In this document: positions 61,250 to 64,000 of the stretch, in pieces | Layout of the letters: each line of letters opens with the position of its first letter | How positions within the stretch are numbered: position 1 is the first letter of the stretch | Source: Nemertoderma westbladi | Lineage: Eukaryota; Animalia; Xenacoelomorpha | DNA length: 64,000 nucleotides | Reading direction: 5' to 3' | NCBI GenBank assembly: GCA_032718475.1 | Contig: JAUCBJ010008665.1 | Coordinates: forward strand, 1 to 64,000 | The notes under the pieces: generated by a model | Database searches by the model: none | What the model was told of the DNA's origin: nothing | The model's input: only the letters and a program-made list of their open reading frames with translations | Made by a program: the position numbers and the translations under genes

Positions 61250-63594
61250 GTGTTCAACAGAAAGTGATTGCGTTGGACCAAGTTGGATCGCCCAACAGTA
61301 AGAGGTACTGTAATCGTTCAACAGGTACCTTACCTATCACAATAAATTAGATTTCACCTTCAAAGCCACCAGCCGCCATACACTGTTAACCAGCTCCCAT
61401 TCTCCTTAGCCAGGCCGTATCTTTATTAGATATGAGTTGATTAATTCAACTTATTGGTGTTCCAGCGAGGTATCTATCATTCTGCTACCGCTTATTGACT
61501 TGTTATAAATTAACTGTGGCCGGGAGAATGGTTCGTTGCCTATTGGCTATTGCCCAGTAATATTATAACCGGAAAATATCAGCAGTGAAACCTCTTTTAT
61601 GAATGAATTTCCTACTGTAAATTAATGTCTTGGAAAGCGCATTGGGTTTTTAACCACGAAACTTCAAACTCCAATACAGTTAGTTAGTTCTAATATAATA
61701 TAATAAACTTGAATAAGTATAATAACCATATGCTTAAAGCGATATAACAACCGCCACTGCTGACATACACTTACTTTTCTACATCAAACATATGTAATTG
61801 CTTTTACTACTTACAGAAGAAGTCGCCTTTTTAGCATTATTAGTACCAATTTTGACGTTGTTGAGCATAAATGATCCCTCCAAATCATTGCCATACATTT
61901 CCGAGCAACAAATAGTTTGTATAAATATTAACAAAGTCCACATAATAATAACATTTATAGATGAATTCATGGTATAAGAATATTGGTTTCAATAGCAACC
62001 TATTCTTATTGGTTGCTATGTATTCCAAAATACATCAATAAAATTACGGAAGTTTTAAATAGTAATAGAAATGTTAGTAAGAGTTAATTCGTAGAGGTTT
62101 AGTTGGCCTCATTAGTAACAGACAGGGGTCTAACTGTAGTATCAAGTAGGGGATTTCAAATATATATTATGTTATAGAACATTATGATAATTGTCTCCAT
62201 AGCAAAAAATATATTTAGCAGACTCTATTGGGGCTCGATTGTGGGAAAAGTAGAGGCAAGAGTTCATATACAATTATAATAGGGCCTTTTTCAAACAGTG
62301 GTGTTGTTACATTATGTCAACGTGCGTTCTGAATGCTTAATTAGTTATTAATACTTAAATTATCACCTTTTTTTTTAATTATGTAAAATATGTTTAGGAA
62401 TATTAATGAAATTCATATCCTTTTTATGTAATTATTATTATAAACTAATTATTAATTATTATAAACTTTATATGTCTATGTTATATACATTCTAGTACAT
62501 GAAGGTAGGTTAGTAGGATTCTCACATGTCTCAACAATATGTTACATCGATTTGTTTGTTGTATTGAATGGTGCAGAATAAATCAATAGGTTGTTTTTAT
62601 CGATTATATTTCCCGCTAGTTCATATATGCGTTGGGAAGGCTAGGCCACTAAATTGATAAAACAGATGGTTATGGGGAATTATTTCTATTATTGTCGGTC
62701 CTAAATAAACTGTACATAGCGTATATGTAAAGAAACCTGGGTACTTTAGTACAGCGGCACACATGACTAACACAACACTAGGGCTATTCGCGACCCTCAA
62801 AATGCGAAGCATAGCAAAGCCGCGACGGTAAATTGGCAAATAGAATTGAAGGAATGAAGAATTAACTAATCTGAGTACCAATTGTTGCCATTTTGTTTAT
62901 TATCGATGATACAAAACAATAAATTACTGCAAATATAAAAATAAAATACAAACATCAATATAAAATTAAAGATTCACTTAATAACTATCCAGTATAAACT
63001 TTAAAAGTCAGATTCTAAATTTGTTTTGAAAACTATTTCCTATTTCCTATTTTCTTTTTTAATCTTAGTTATGTGCATGTTGTTTTATACTTCAGTGTAT
63101 TTACGAACTCTTATAATTGCGTTATTAACAAATGCCCTTACTTGCGGGTACCGATAAGCTGGCTCTATGCTATTATAAATATTATAGTGATATGATAACT
63201 GATTAATGATAAAATAAATAACTCTTAAAACTCAGTATCTTATAGTATACTATGTATTTTAACTTTTGGTATATTTATAGTGTATTTTATAAGTATTTTA
63301 ACTAAGTATTTTATATTTCGGGTGTATTTAACAGGCTCTTTTAATAACTTCTTCAACGAATGGCCTTAATGAACAGCCGTCTTGGATTAATAATGTAGTA
63401 ACTGTATAGTACTGTATGTAAGAACCTTATTCAGAACCTTATTCTATTTTATCTCCATTAACATATTTATATTTTAATGTACGTCCTTTTACTGTGTATT
63501 TCCCTACACATTTCGGGTAATAATTTCGTTAATATTTTGATTGTTGCTGGGAATGGATAATTAAATTCGTACAGTAAGTACGAATTTAAATCGT

Positions 63595-64000
63595 TCATAA
63601 TTAATCTATTGTAATTTTTATTTAAATCCGTGTAATCTAGTAATCTGTGTAATCTAGTAATCCGTGTATTCTGTATCATAATTAATCTATTGTAATTTTT
63701 ATTTAAATCCGTGTAATCTAGTAATCTAGTAATCTGTGTAATGTAGTAATCCGTGTAATCTAGTAATCCGTGTAATCTGTATCATAATTAATCTATTGTA
63801 ATTTTTATTTAAATCCGTGTAATCTAGTAATCCGTGTAATCTAGTAATCCGTGTAATCTGTATCATAATTAATCTATTGTAATTTTTATTTAAATCCGTG
63901 TAATCTAGTAATCTGTGTAATCTAGTAATCTGTGTAATCTAGTAATCCGTGTATTCTGTATCATAATTAATCTATTGTAATTTTTATTTAAATCCGTGTA
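63595..64000. repeat. ~80-105-bp tandem repeat built from 8-9-bp GTAATCTA/GTAATCCGT subunits; runs off the window
   Basis: Seen directly. Confidence 0.9.

Overview
AT-rich eukaryotic (animal-like, probably invertebrate) genomic DNA that is dominated by transposable elements. Host genes: five GT-AG exons of a polycystin-1 (PKD1/PKD1L/REJ)-family gene on + (PLAT domain and the following TM segments, 14226-20248), and an intronless Ly6/uPAR-like, probably GPI-anchored gene on - (25324-25959). Mobile elements: an intact BEL/Pao gag-pol ORF (-); a young gag-protease-only BEL/Pao element with near-identical LTRs, a 5-bp TSD, no tRNA PBS and an extra ORF (+); a CRE-like RLE non-LTR element whose RT is split by a 63-bp repeat, into which a Gypsy element inserted, which in turn carries an EnSpm/CMC-like MITE; RTE-like and CR1/L2-like LINE fragments; and a TTAA piggyBac-like MITE. 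The most striking observation is that the 57-bp satellite in the PKD1-like intron is an array of 47 in-frame, stop-free copies of the next exon's 3' splice site (tttAG|GTATTACTT). All family calls come from motif recognition by eye; no database search was run.
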